Origin: an uncultured bacterium
GTDB taxonomy: Bacteria; Zixibacteria; MSB-5A5; JAABVY01; JAHJOQ01
DNA length: 64,000 nt
Assembly (NCBI GenBank): GCA_965369655.1
Contig: CBDUQR010000010.1
Coordinates: 8,757 to 72,756, forward strand
Direction of reading: 5' to 3'
The notes under the pieces are model-generated. The model saw only the letters and a list, made by a program, of their open reading frames with translations, searched no databases and was not told where the DNA came from. A program made the position numbers and the translations under genes. Of the stretch, positions 26,672 through 36,344 are shown piece after piece. Numbering within the stretch: position 1 is the stretch's first letter; every line of letters begins with the position of its first letter.

Positions 26672-28038
26672 TGAAACTCTCTCCTCAACTCGTCTACAGC
26701 CTCCTTGAAGGCGCGTCCACGATGCTCGAAATCGTCGAACATATCGAACGATGCGCACGCCGGAGACAAAAGCAACGTGCCATCCGGTTCGGCAAGTCTG
26801 TACCCTGTGCGAACGGCTTCTTCCATCTCGCGGACTCTATAGACCGGAACTACTCCTCCGAGCGCGGCGTCTATCTTGTCCGATGCTTCGCCGAGCAAAA
26901 TGATCGCCCTGACGTTTCGACGCATCAGATCCTCGAGGCGCGTGAAATCACCCATCTTGTCTCTGCCGCCCATAATCACGACGAGCGAGCCCGGGATACT
27001 CTGCAGTGCATACCAGACCGAATCGACATTTGTCGCCTTGGAATCGTTTATGAAACCGACCTGACCGATACGACCGCAATCTTCGAGCCGATGCTCCACA
27101 CCACCAAACTGGCTGAGCGCATCGCGTATTGCATCGTCGCCGATCCCGGCGATCACCGCGATCATTGCCGATGCGGCGGAGTTGGAGAGATTGTGCGGAC
27201 CTTTCAGACGGATATCAGAGGTCTCGATCAATTCCCTCGTCCCATCTTCATCTCCGTACATCAGAGAGTTGCCTTCGACAAAAACGCCCGGACTCACCCG
27301 CTCCCTGGTGCTGAAGTGGAGCTTCCTGCCCGGGAGCCTGCTTGACAGTTGCATCAGGTATTCATCGTCGTAGTTGATAACAAGCGAATCATCATCGCTC
27401 TGAGATTCGCCAATTCTCATCTTCATTTCTGCATACGCAGTGAAATCGTCGTACCGATCGAGGTGGTCAGGCGTCAGGTTGAGAATAGCCGCGATGTCGG
27501 GTTTGAAATCGTAGCACTTCTCGAGTTGGGCGGACGACACTTCGAGGATGACCCATCCATCGACCGAGGCTTTGTCGCAAATATCGCAGAACGGACTCCC
27601 GATATTGCCGGCCACGAATGTCGGGACACCGGCGCACTTGAATACTTCACCGGTCAGAGATGTGGTCGTTGTCTTGCCGTTGGATCCGGTGACTGCCGCT
27701 ATATGAGCGTCACACAGCCAGTAGCCAAGTTCTATTTCTGATATCAGAGGAATTCTCGCCTCTTCTATCCGTTTGACCACAGGCGCATCGGGCGGCACCC
27801 CGGGACTGATTACAACATAGTCGACGCCTGTGTAGACACGGTCTGTATTGCCGCCTGTCTCGAAGGCAATTCCGTTTGATTCGAGGAAGCTGACGGCATC
27901 TTCGAGTGCGGATGACGGCCTGCTGTCCGACACGAAGACCTCAGCTCTGTGACGCTTCAGGAGCGCGGCAGCGGCGAGTCCGGACCTGGCGGCGCCGATG
28001 ACGCCGACTCGTCTTCCTGTCACTCTGTCTTTTCTCAT
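26668..28038 (-). CDS. murD: UDP-MurNAc-L-Ala--D-Glu ligase
   Basis: SPG, GSNGKTTT, EVSS, NDSKATN, LSPACASFD. Confidence 0.96.
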   Translation of the reverse strand: MRKDRVTGRRVGVIGAARSGLAAAALLKRHRAEVFVSDSRPSSALEDAVSFLESNGIAFETGGNTDRVYTGVDYVVISPGVPPDAPVVKRIEEARIPLISEIELGYWLCDAHIAAVTGSNGKTTTTSLTGEVFKCAGVPTFVAGNIGSPFCDICDKASVDGWVILEVSSAQLEKCYDFKPDIAAILNLTPDHLDRYDDFTAYAEMKMRIGESQSDDDSLVINYDDEYLMQLSSRLPGRKLHFSTRERVSPGVFVEGNSLMYGDEDGTRELIETSDIRLKGPHNLSNSAASAMIAVIAGIGDDAIRDALSQFGGVEHRLEDCGRIGQVGFINDSKATNVDSVWYALQSIPGSLVVIMGGRDKMGDFTRLEDLMRRNVRAIILLGEASDKIDAALGGVVPVYRVREMEEAVRTGYRLAEPDGTLLLSPACASFDMFDDFEHRGRAFKEAVDELRREFQ

Positions 28039-28042
28039 GCTC

Positions 28043-29134
28043 CTACCTGATTTTCAATGTCGCCAGCGTCAACAGGGCGCAGATTATTCCGACAATCCAG
28101 AACCTCGTCACTACTTTAGTTTCCGGCCATCCGACTTGCTCGAAGTGGTGATGCAGCGGCGCCATCTTGAAAATGCGCTTGCGTCGCAGCTTGTATGACG
28201 ACACCTGCAGAATCACCGACAATGCCTCCGCCACGAACACTCCTCCGACTATCACCAGCAAGAGTTCCTTCTTCAGCATGATAGCGAGCGCACCGAGCGC
28301 GCCGCCGAGCGCAAGCGCACCCGTGTCACCCATGAATACCTCCGCCGGATGGGAATTGTACCAGAGAAATCCGAGGGTCGCGCCCATTGTCGCACCGCAG
28401 AAAATTGCGAGTTCTCCGGCACCTTCAAGATACGTAATTTGTAAATAGCTTGAGAAGTCAATCCTTCCACTTACATACGCGAATCCGGCGAATGCCATGA
28501 TTGCAATGCCGGACAGGCCGGTCGCCAAACCATCGAGACCATCTGTCAGATTCACGGCGTTGGACGATCCCGTTATCACAAGGATAACAAAGGGAATGAA
28601 CAAGAGCACCGAACCGAAATTCAGGACGTAATCTTTGATAAACGGGATTTCGGTCGTCGTGCCGAATGTGTCCGATGGGGACAGGTAGAAGAGCACGAGG
28701 CCGAATATCAAACCGCAGAGGATTTGTCCGGCGAGCTTGTACTTGCCGACCATGCCTTTCGGACGCTTCAGGATCGCTTTCATGTAGTCATCCATAAAAC
28801 CGATCGCACCCATCCAGATCGTCACAAACAGAATCAACTGGATAAACCTGTTGGTCAGATCAGCCCAGAGAAGCGTCGGCAGGATGATCGCAGCGAGGAT
28901 GATTATGCCGCCCATTGTCGGCGTACCCTCTTTGACATAGTGAGTTTTCGGACCCTCTTCCCGTATCTTTTCTTTAACGCCCTGTCGTCGCAGCAATCTT
29001 ATGAACATCGGACCGAAAATGAGACTCACGATCAAAGCGGTCAGAGTGGCCCCCGCACTGCGGAACGTGATATACTTGAAGAGATTGAAAAACGAAATTT
29101 GATCGGTCAATGGATAGAGCAGATGGTACAACAT
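28043..29134 (-). CDS. mraY: Phospho-MurNAc-pentapeptide transferase
   Basis: GTPTMGG, NAVNLTDGLDGL, FMGDTG, APLHHHFE. Confidence 0.97.
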   Translation of the reverse strand: MLYHLLYPLTDQISFFNLFKYITFRSAGATLTALIVSLIFGPMFIRLLRRQGVKEKIREEGPKTHYVKEGTPTMGGIIILAAIILPTLLWADLTNRFIQLILFVTIWMGAIGFMDDYMKAILKRPKGMVGKYKLAGQILCGLIFGLVLFYLSPSDTFGTTTEIPFIKDYVLNFGSVLLFIPFVILVITGSSNAVNLTDGLDGLATGLSGIAIMAFAGFAYVSGRIDFSSYLQITYLEGAGELAIFCGATMGATLGFLWYNSHPAEVFMGDTGALALGGALGALAIMLKKELLLVIVGGVFVAEALSVILQVSSYKLRRKRIFKMAPLHHHFEQVGWPETKVVTRFWIVGIICALLTLATLKIR

Positions 29135-30528
29135 CAGCCTCGCCCCTCCAACTCTTCTTTCAGACGGTTTGCGATCCTGTCGAACTCCATGCCTCTCGAT
29201 GCCTTTATCAGTACGGTATCGCCTGTTGTTACTTCATCGAGAAGCCAGTCCGCCATCTCATCAATGTATGTGAAATGCTTCAAGACCTGCGGCGGGCATC
29301 CCCCCTCTGCCGCTCCCTTGTTGATATTGTTTGCGAGTTTGCCGCACGTTACGAGCAGATCAGGACGGTGCTTCGACGCGTGCAGACCGATCTCTTTGTG
29401 CATCAGTGCTGATTGTTCGCCAAGCTCGAACATATCTCCGAGAACTGCGATCTTCCTGCCGTCGGATTTGATAGCTTCGAGCGTCTCCAGCGCAAATCTC
29501 ATCGAGGCAGGGTTGGCGTTGTAGCTATCATCTATGATCAGGACTCCACCGATCTTGACCGTCTCCATCCTCATCTCGACAGGCTTGAAAGATTCGAGGG
29601 CAGTCCGGATACCCTCTCTCGGCACTCCGGTAGCCGAACCGACTGCTATGGCTGCGACGGCGTTGTACAAGTTGTGCATTCCGGGAGCATGAAGATGGAT
29701 GTCTCCCACCGAGGTGATGCTGAATCTTGCACAACCCGTACCGTTGAACTCAAATCGTTCAGGCGTGAAATCAGACTCCTCTCGGATTCCGAAACCATAT
29801 CGTTGCCGGCTCTCGGTTAAGTAGCGTCTTCGCAGGTATTCGTTGTCGACATTGAGAAATACAGTCCCGTCCTTCGACATGTTGTCGAGCAGCTCGAATT
29901 TCGCTTTAGCGATCGCCTCCACCGTCAGCATCGTTTCGAGATGCGCAGCATCGACGTTCGTTATGACGCCGTAGTCGGGTCGGACCAGTTCGGTCAGGGT
30001 CGCGATTTCGCCCGGAGTGCTCATGCCGAATTCAAATACTGCCATTTCGCATGATTCATCCATCCCGAAGATCGAGAGCGGCACACCATACAGGTTGTTC
30101 AGATTGCCGGGAGATCGATACACGTTGAACTTTTTTGACAGGACCAACGCGATCATTTCTTTGGTTGTCGTCTTGCCGTTCGTACCGGTCACTGCGATCT
30201 TCAAAGCCTCGATGCGTGACAGCCACCATGAGGCGAGAGAATGCATCGCCTGCAGCGTATCGGCGACATGCAGCACTCTGCCTTTCTCTGACTTGTCCGC
30301 AGGAGTATAGCTGTTGTCAGCAATCACAGCGGCAGCGCCTTTCCGGATAGCTTCGGATATGTACTTATGACCATCGTGAATTCTTCCCCGGATCGCGACA
30401 AAAAGGTTTCCCGCGACAACAGTTCGCGAATCTATCGACACGCCCTCGAATGCGATGTCCATCAGATTACCTGCTCCGCCAGTGGCGTTGACAACTGAGG
30501 CGATATCTGCGAGTCCGGCTCTGATCAA
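29134..30528 (-). CDS. murF: UDP-MurNAc-tripeptide--D-Ala-D-Ala ligase
   Basis: IDSR, GTNGKTTTKE, DDSYNANP, LGDMFELG, KASRGM. Confidence 0.96.
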   Translation of the reverse strand: MIRAGLADIASVVNATGGAGNLMDIAFEGVSIDSRTVVAGNLFVAIRGRIHDGHKYISEAIRKGAAAVIADNSYTPADKSEKGRVLHVADTLQAMHSLASWWLSRIEALKIAVTGTNGKTTTKEMIALVLSKKFNVYRSPGNLNNLYGVPLSIFGMDESCEMAVFEFGMSTPGEIATLTELVRPDYGVITNVDAAHLETMLTVEAIAKAKFELLDNMSKDGTVFLNVDNEYLRRRYLTESRQRYGFGIREESDFTPERFEFNGTGCARFSITSVGDIHLHAPGMHNLYNAVAAIAVGSATGVPREGIRTALESFKPVEMRMETVKIGGVLIIDDSYNANPASMRFALETLEAIKSDGRKIAVLGDMFELGEQSALMHKEIGLHASKHRPDLLVTCGKLANNINKGAAEGGCPPQVLKHFTYIDEMADWLLDEVTTGDTVLIKASRGMEFDRIANRLKEELEGRG

Positions 30529-31982
30529 TGTTTCTCTCCGAGCAATTCCCGAATCACCTTGCGATCATCGAATTCAACTCTCACGTCTCCGATCATCATG
30601 TAACTTTCGTGCCCTTTTCCAGCGACAAGGAGAATGTCGCCCTCTTCGCAACTCTCGAGAGCGGCAGCGATGGCGTCCTTTCGATCGGCGATGAATCGAG
30701 CTGGAACAGCGCTATCCAATCCCGGCTTAATATCCTCGATGATCGCTTCCGGGTCCTCGGATCGAGGGTTGTCGGACGTCACGACAATCTTGTCCGCGTA
30801 CCGTGAGACAGCCTCGCCCATCGGCTTTCGCTTTGTCTTATCGCGATCCCCGCCGCAGCCGAACAGCACCGTCAGCTTATTCTCCGTCAGTTTTCTGCAG
30901 ACCGAGCAAACATGCTCAAGAGCATCCGGAGTGTGGGCGTAATCGACGAAGATGTGTATTCCTTTGTCATTCGGGATAGATTCGAGCCGTCCGGGGACAA
31001 TGTCCGAGACGCCGAGACCGCGAGCGATGGCCGCGGGATCGAGTCCTGTCGCTATCGCAAAGGCCGCAGCGCAGACGGCGTTCGAGACATTGTGCTCGCC
31101 GACGAGTTTCATCTCGACATCCTGCTCGCCGAGCGGGGTGACCAGATGAAACCGCGTGCCTTCAGGGCTGGTTGTAACATTGGTGGCGTACAAATCGGCC
31201 TTGTCGTTGCCGACTGAATAAGTCAGATATGATGAATCGACATGTCCCTTGAAAAACTCGTACTCCGAATCATCAAGGTTCAGGATCGCCCATTTCTCCT
31301 TGCCGTGCACCCTGTCGAACAACCTGGCCTTCGTCTGCTTGTAGCTCTCCATATCTCCGTGGAAATCGAGATGATCCTGAGACAGGTTCGTGATCCCGAC
31401 AACGTCGAAATCGATCATCCTCACCCTGCCCGCATCGAGAGCGTGAGACGACACTTCCATGACTGCGAATTTGACTCGCTCACTCCGCATAATCCAGAGC
31501 AGGCGTTCAATCTGAAGCGACTCCGGAGTTGTGTTTGTAGCATCGAAGCGGTGGCTGCCTGCGAGATACTCGATTGTTCCGATCAGTCCCGTTCGGCGAC
31601 CGCGCTCCTCGAAGATTGATTTAATCAGGTACACCACTGTGGTCTTGCCATTTGTGCCGGTCACTCCGACCACCTTCATCCGGCGGGATGGAAACTCGTA
31701 GTACTTCGAGGCAAGAAGCGCCAGCGCATGCCTCGAATCGGGAACGATGATCTTAACCGGAACATCAGCCTCGATATCTCTCTCGGCCACAATACAGGTA
31801 GCATTGTTCGAGACTGCGTTCGAGATGAAGTCGTGGCCGTCTAAGTCTGCGCCAACGAGCGCGACAAAGATGTCGTTCTCGACGATCAGCCGTGAATTAT
31901 ACTCGATCTTCCCGATCTCTATCTCTGCATCCCCGATGACTTCCTTTTTCGGAAGAATCCGGATCAAATCATTGAGCTTAAT
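30525..31982 (-). CDS. murE: UDP-MurNAc-dipeptide--meso-DAP ligase; probable ATT start at 31982 (TTG at 31967 is the alternative)
   Basis: GTNGKTT, NTTP, MEVSSH, DYAHTPDAL, GCGGDRD, DNPR (the mDAP-type motif), GKGHE. Confidence 0.95.
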   Translation of the reverse strand: MKLNDLIRILPKKEVIGDAEIEIGKIEYNSRLIVENDIFVALVGADLDGHDFISNAVSNNATCIVAERDIEADVPVKIIVPDSRHALALLASKYYEFPSRRMKVVGVTGTNGKTTVVYLIKSIFEERGRRTGLIGTIEYLAGSHRFDATNTTPESLQIERLLWIMRSERVKFAVMEVSSHALDAGRVRMIDFDVVGITNLSQDHLDFHGDMESYKQTKARLFDRVHGKEKWAILNLDDSEYEFFKGHVDSSYLTYSVGNDKADLYATNVTTSPEGTRFHLVTPLGEQDVEMKLVGEHNVSNAVCAAAFAIATGLDPAAIARGLGVSDIVPGRLESIPNDKGIHIFVDYAHTPDALEHVCSVCRKLTENKLTVLFGCGGDRDKTKRKPMGEAVSRYADKIVVTSDNPRSEDPEAIIEDIKPGLDSAVPARFIADRKDAIAAALESCEEGDILLVAGKGHESYMMIGDVRVEFDDRKVIRELLGEKH

Positions 31983-34035
31983 GGCTTCTCTCCTTTCCCG
32001 ATGAACACGTCAGCTTGACCGACTCTATACCCTGCATCAGGCTCCCCGGCGCAGGTTCCTGGTCTACGATGCTGCCGTTTCCATGCACGAACAGTTCGCA
32101 ACCGCTGTTATACAGGAGAGCGGCGGCATCGCGCGCCGAGATGCCTTTCAGGTCAGGGAAGATTCCTTCTTCCATATCACGACGACATTCGCGAATCCTG
32201 ATCTTAAGCGATTCATCAAGCTGTCCGCATCCGGTCGTCACCGGACCGAGCAGGTCCGAGAACAATCTCTGTGAACCGATATCGAGTCTCTTGCCGCCAG
32301 ATTCCGACGCTCTATTGGTATCCGAACCAACATGCGTTTCCACCGCGATTTTCCTGCTATCGATATCCCGCCTGGTCCTGTCGAGCAGGACGATTCTCCG
32401 GGCGATCTCGGCGAATGCCGGCGCAGCAGTGTAACCACCGTAATTTATTTTCTGCGGTTCATCCAGGAGTACAACTCCGGCAATCATGGGGTCTTTCCGC
32501 GGAAAGAATCCGCCGAATCCTGCGATATACTTGTCAGAATGATAGCCACCGTTTTCGAGGTCAGGTTTCTGTGCAGTACCCGTCTTCCCCGAGAACAAGA
32601 CCTCGTCTATGCGGGCAACTTGCGCGGTACCTGAGTCGACAACTCCAGCCATCAAATCCTGCAGCACGCGGGCTGTCTCGGTCGAAACAACCTGCCGCAC
32701 CGGTTGCGGCGTGAAACGCTGTTTGAGTCGCCCCGACTCACTTCGGATTTCCTCGATCAGAAATGGTTTCATTAGTTTGCCGTCATTTGCGATTGCTGCA
32801 AACGCTGAGGCAAGCTGGAGCGCTGATGAAGACACACCGTGACCGATCGCAATCTGAGCGGTCCAGAACTCGCTCCAGTTGCGGGGTTTTTTCAGGGAAC
32901 CGGCCTGTTCACCCGGAAGCTGGACGCCGGTCTTCTGACCGAATCCGAACTGGCGGGCATACTTGAACAGGCGTTTGCCGCCAAGACTCTGGCAGAATCG
33001 CGCAGTCGCGATATTCGATGACAACTCGAATGCACGCCTGAAGGTGAGAGTGCCGTGTTCTTTGTCGTCGTGCAGGGTGCGGCGGTTAAACTTGAATTTA
33101 CCCATTCCAGCCCAGATCGTGTCGGACAACGAGAACAGCTTGCTCTCAATTATCCCGGCGAATGCCACTATCTTGAATGTCGAACCGGGCTCGAAAAGAT
33201 CGCTGACGATCCTGCTCTTGAATACTCGTTCCTGCTTCGCATCATCTCCGGTCGGCGAGTAATAGTCGGCGGCAAGCAAACGCCCCGTACTCGTCTCGAT
33301 GAACACCGCTATCCCTGACTTCGCATTCCATTTGTCGACCGCTCTCCTGAGTTCTTCCTCGACGACCTGTTGATATTCGCAATCGATTGTGAGTTCGATC
33401 GCACAGCCATTCTTTGGCTTCACCAACGGGATTTCCGAAGTGCTGTACACTCGACCGAATCCATCGCGCTGGAAGGCAGCACGACCCGGCTCCGGTTTGA
33501 GCAGATCATCGAACAGACGCTCGATGCCGGAGATACCAGCATTGTCGATATTGACTTCACCCAGAATATCAACCGCCAAATCGCCGTACGGGTATTCGCG
33601 TCTGAACTCCTCGTTACAACGCATGCTGTCGAGGTTGAGCGCCCTGATTGTTCTCGCGATATCCGGGTCGGTGTGCCGAGCAAGCCAGTTGAAAGAGCCC
33701 GCTCTACTCAGGAGTCGCCCAGTGAGACCTGCCTCTCCTGTGATTCGAGATATCCTGTTACCGATCTTGCGCAACTGCTTCTTGTCGTATGCGTCCGTGA
33801 AGAACGATTCCGATGGCGTATCGAACGCCAGAGCGTTGCCGTGCCGATCGTAGATTGCTCCTCGCATCGCTGCAAGCTCGAACTCACCGTGGCACTGCAG
33901 TGACACAAGTTCCTGGAAACGTGCGCCTTCCACGATCTGAATCTGTGCGAATCGAGCAAGAATCAGGCACCATGTTAATGTCACGAATATGAAAACCAGA
34001 GCCAGCCGCTTTGCAGAAATCCTGGGAGTCTTCAC
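31978..34035 (-). CDS. ftsI: Class B penicillin-binding protein FtsI with C-terminal PASTA domain
   Basis: RGAIYDR, EPGSTFK, SSN, GKTGTAQ. Confidence 0.93.
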   Translation of the reverse strand: MKTPRISAKRLALVFIFVTLTWCLILARFAQIQIVEGARFQELVSLQCHGEFELAAMRGAIYDRHGNALAFDTPSESFFTDAYDKKQLRKIGNRISRITGEAGLTGRLLSRAGSFNWLARHTDPDIARTIRALNLDSMRCNEEFRREYPYGDLAVDILGEVNIDNAGISGIERLFDDLLKPEPGRAAFQRDGFGRVYSTSEIPLVKPKNGCAIELTIDCEYQQVVEEELRRAVDKWNAKSGIAVFIETSTGRLLAADYYSPTGDDAKQERVFKSRIVSDLFEPGSTFKIVAFAGIIESKLFSLSDTIWAGMGKFKFNRRTLHDDKEHGTLTFRRAFELSSNIATARFCQSLGGKRLFKYARQFGFGQKTGVQLPGEQAGSLKKPRNWSEFWTAQIAIGHGVSSSALQLASAFAAIANDGKLMKPFLIEEIRSESGRLKQRFTPQPVRQVVSTETARVLQDLMAGVVDSGTAQVARIDEVLFSGKTGTAQKPDLENGGYHSDKYIAGFGGFFPRKDPMIAGVVLLDEPQKINYGGYTAAPAFAEIARRIVLLDRTRRDIDSRKIAVETHVGSDTNRASESGGKRLDIGSQRLFSDLLGPVTTGCGQLDESLKIRIRECRRDMEEGIFPDLKGISARDAAALLYNSGCELFVHGNGSIVDQEPAPGSLMQGIESVKLTCSSGKERSH

Positions 34036-34466
34036 TCTGATGACCTTTCGGATGCCAGCGCGCTGGACCGCGTAAAGAACGGAACCGGCAGTTCTGAGCA
34101 GAGATATTCAAGACGCCGCAAGGCGCGATCAACGACAGTCGGACCTGTTTCAGTAGATCCATCTGACGTCGACAGCCATACTATCTGACCCGGACGCGGA
34201 GTGGTGAGGCCGAATCTCTCTCTCGCTACCGCCCCGATCTGTTCGAGTGATTCAAGGTGCGAGACTTTGGACTGAAGGTAATCTCTGTTTTTTCGCAGCA
34301 ACTCTACTTCATCGTCGAGCCTGCCGTTGTCTACTGCGACACGAGCTATGTGGTACCGTTCGAGGACGAACGCCGAGGCGAGAAGGATTACGAACAGAAG
34401 AATCCCGACCGTCTTGCCAATGGTCGCCAACCCGGCATATCGTCCGTGAAATGCCCAGAGATTCAT
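34032..34466 (-). CDS. ftsL: Cell division protein FtsL-like
   Basis: Single TM followed by a coiled coil and ARERFGL; lies between rsmH and ftsI. Confidence 0.75.
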   Translation of the reverse strand: MNLWAFHGRYAGLATIGKTVGILLFVILLASAFVLERYHIARVAVDNGRLDDEVELLRKNRDYLQSKVSHLESLEQIGAVARERFGLTTPRPGQIVWLSTSDGSTETGPTVVDRALRRLEYLCSELPVPFFTRSSALASERSSE

Positions 34467-34536
34467 TTACACCAGCCCAGGAAGGGCAGGCCCCCACTCG
34501 CTGGGGACCTGCATCCCCCCATGAATTACAATACAG

Positions 34537-35466
34537 CTAAGAAGCAGGCGATCTCTCGGCCACACGGAGTCGGGCGCTGCGCGAACGAGGGTTCTGACTC
34601 AGCTCCCTTGCGGTCGCCTTGACCGCTCTCCGTGTGATCGAGTTCAAGGCCGTATGTTTGCCCTTCATACTGGCCTCTATCTCAGGCGGATAACCGGAAT
34701 CCTTGCTCGAACGCCTGAAAAACCTTTTCACTCGCCTGTCTTCCTGGCTGTGGTACGAGATTATCGCAAGTCTTCCAGCCGGCTTAAGGAAGTTGACGAG
34801 CAACGGCAGCGCATTGTCGAGTCTGCCGAGTTCATCGTTGACTTCTATCCTGACAGCCTGCAGAAAACGAGCGGTGAATTGATTCTTTGATCTCTTTGGA
34901 AAAAGGTCCTCTACGCATGACACAAGATCACCCACAGTGCGCATCCGACCTTCGTTTCGTCTGTCTATAACCCTCCTGACATATTTCGCCGCATTGCGGA
35001 AATCCGCATGCGATCTCAATGCCGATATCAATTCCTCTTCAGAGACCGAATTCAGATATTCGAGAGCCGTCCTGCCCTCGGACCTGTCGAATCTCATATC
35101 GAGCTGCGTATCGTGTTGATAAGAGAAGCCTCGATTGTCATCGTCAAGCTGTGCAGAGCATATTCCAAGATCAAGGAGAATGCCGGTCAAAGTCCCGGGG
35201 CGTACGGCTGGAACCGTGCCGACTTCGTCGTATGACAGATGATGAAACTCTACGCGAGAATCGTGGAGTCTGTTCTGTGCAGCTTCGAGCATCTCAACAT
35301 CCCTGTCTATGCAAATCAGCTTCCCGTCCTCTGAAAGCTCTCTTAGTATCAGTTCCGAATGTCCACCAAGGCCGCATGTCCCGTCGAGATAGGTGCCGGA
35401 CCTGTCGGTTATCAAATGCTGAATGACCTCCTCGGCCAGCACCGGTATATGCTGGAGCTCCGTCAT
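34537..35466 (-). CDS. rsmH: 16S rRNA m4C1402 methyltransferase
   Basis: HIPVL, DGTCGLGGHS, LDMR, ISYHSQEDR, NPRSRSARLR. Confidence 0.96.
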   Translation of the reverse strand: MTELQHIPVLAEEVIQHLITDRSGTYLDGTCGLGGHSELILRELSEDGKLICIDRDVEMLEAAQNRLHDSRVEFHHLSYDEVGTVPAVRPGTLTGILLDLGICSAQLDDDNRGFSYQHDTQLDMRFDRSEGRTALEYLNSVSEEELISALRSHADFRNAAKYVRRVIDRRNEGRMRTVGDLVSCVEDLFPKRSKNQFTARFLQAVRIEVNDELGRLDNALPLLVNFLKPAGRLAIISYHSQEDRRVKRFFRRSSKDSGYPPEIEASMKGKHTALNSITRRAVKATARELSQNPRSRSARLRVAERSPAS

Positions 35467-35960
35467 AGCCCAAGATCAAATCCTCTTGCAGCCTCCTCCC
35501 AACTCTTTTTGAATCCGCTGATATATTCGCTGTAGCGGTCCGGGTTCCATATCTCGATGACTTTTCCACGACCTATGACCAGGATATCTCGACTAACTTT
35601 TGCGATAGCCTGATGATTCTTTGAAATCGGAATACGCCCCTGCGAGTCGAGCACAACCTCGGAGGCCGATTCATAGAAAATCCTGCTGAAGTATCTGAAC
35701 TCCGGATGAGTGTACGATCCCTCAGAGAGTTTTTCCTCTATCCTCATCCACTCGGAGACCGGATAGAGCGCCAATCCGCCGTCGAATCCTTTTGTCAACA
35801 CGAAGCGGTCTTTTGCCTTCTTTGATTTCGATTTGATCGGAGCGTGAGTCTTACGGAGCGCTGCGGGCAGGGTCAGCCGATTTTTATCGTCGAGGGTCGC
35901 CTGAAACTTACCCTTGTAGCCAGTGATCTTAAATTTTGACTCTTCTCGCAGCGTTGGCAT
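35463..35960 (-). CDS. mraZ: Transcriptional regulator MraZ
   Basis: LDDKNRLTLP, LDSQGRI, IEIWNP. Confidence 0.93.
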   Translation of the reverse strand: MPTLREESKFKITGYKGKFQATLDDKNRLTLPAALRKTHAPIKSKSKKAKDRFVLTKGFDGGLALYPVSEWMRIEEKLSEGSYTHPEFRYFSRIFYESASEVVLDSQGRIPISKNHQAIAKVSRDILVIGRGKVIEIWNPDRYSEYISGFKKSWEEAARGFDLGL

Positions 35961-36018
35961 TTCGATCTCAGCAGTTAGAGTATCACATCCTGACGAAGCG
36001 GATCAGATTCTTTCGATC

Positions 36019-36097
36019 CCACTACCAATCCACTATCAACCACTTTTCCCCACTTGTAAACCACCGGCAATATCCTCGGTGACGCCCCGACTGTCAA
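36019..36097 (-). promoter_or_regulatory. dcw promoter with five GTGG MraZ boxes
   Basis: Minus-strand TTGACA(36097-36092)-N17-GATATT; CCAC on + at 36019, 36030, 36040, 36050 and 36061 (10-11 bp period). Confidence 0.75.
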
Positions 36098-36344
36098 GCG
36101 AAAAACTGTGAATAAGAAAAAAAAGATGTCTCGGCCTTCTCCAAGGGTTATAGGAACTTCCCAGCATTTCAACCGTTCACGCACTGTTTCCATTCGAAAC
36201 ACATACGCTTTTATGAATAATGATGCACCTAACGCACGGATGCACAATGAGTTACGATGCACACTTTTGTGCGCAGACATGCGCTTTGATGGCAGCGCGC
36301 TTGCAAATGCTCTGTAACGGAAGGAACTCAGCAGGAGAAAGAGG

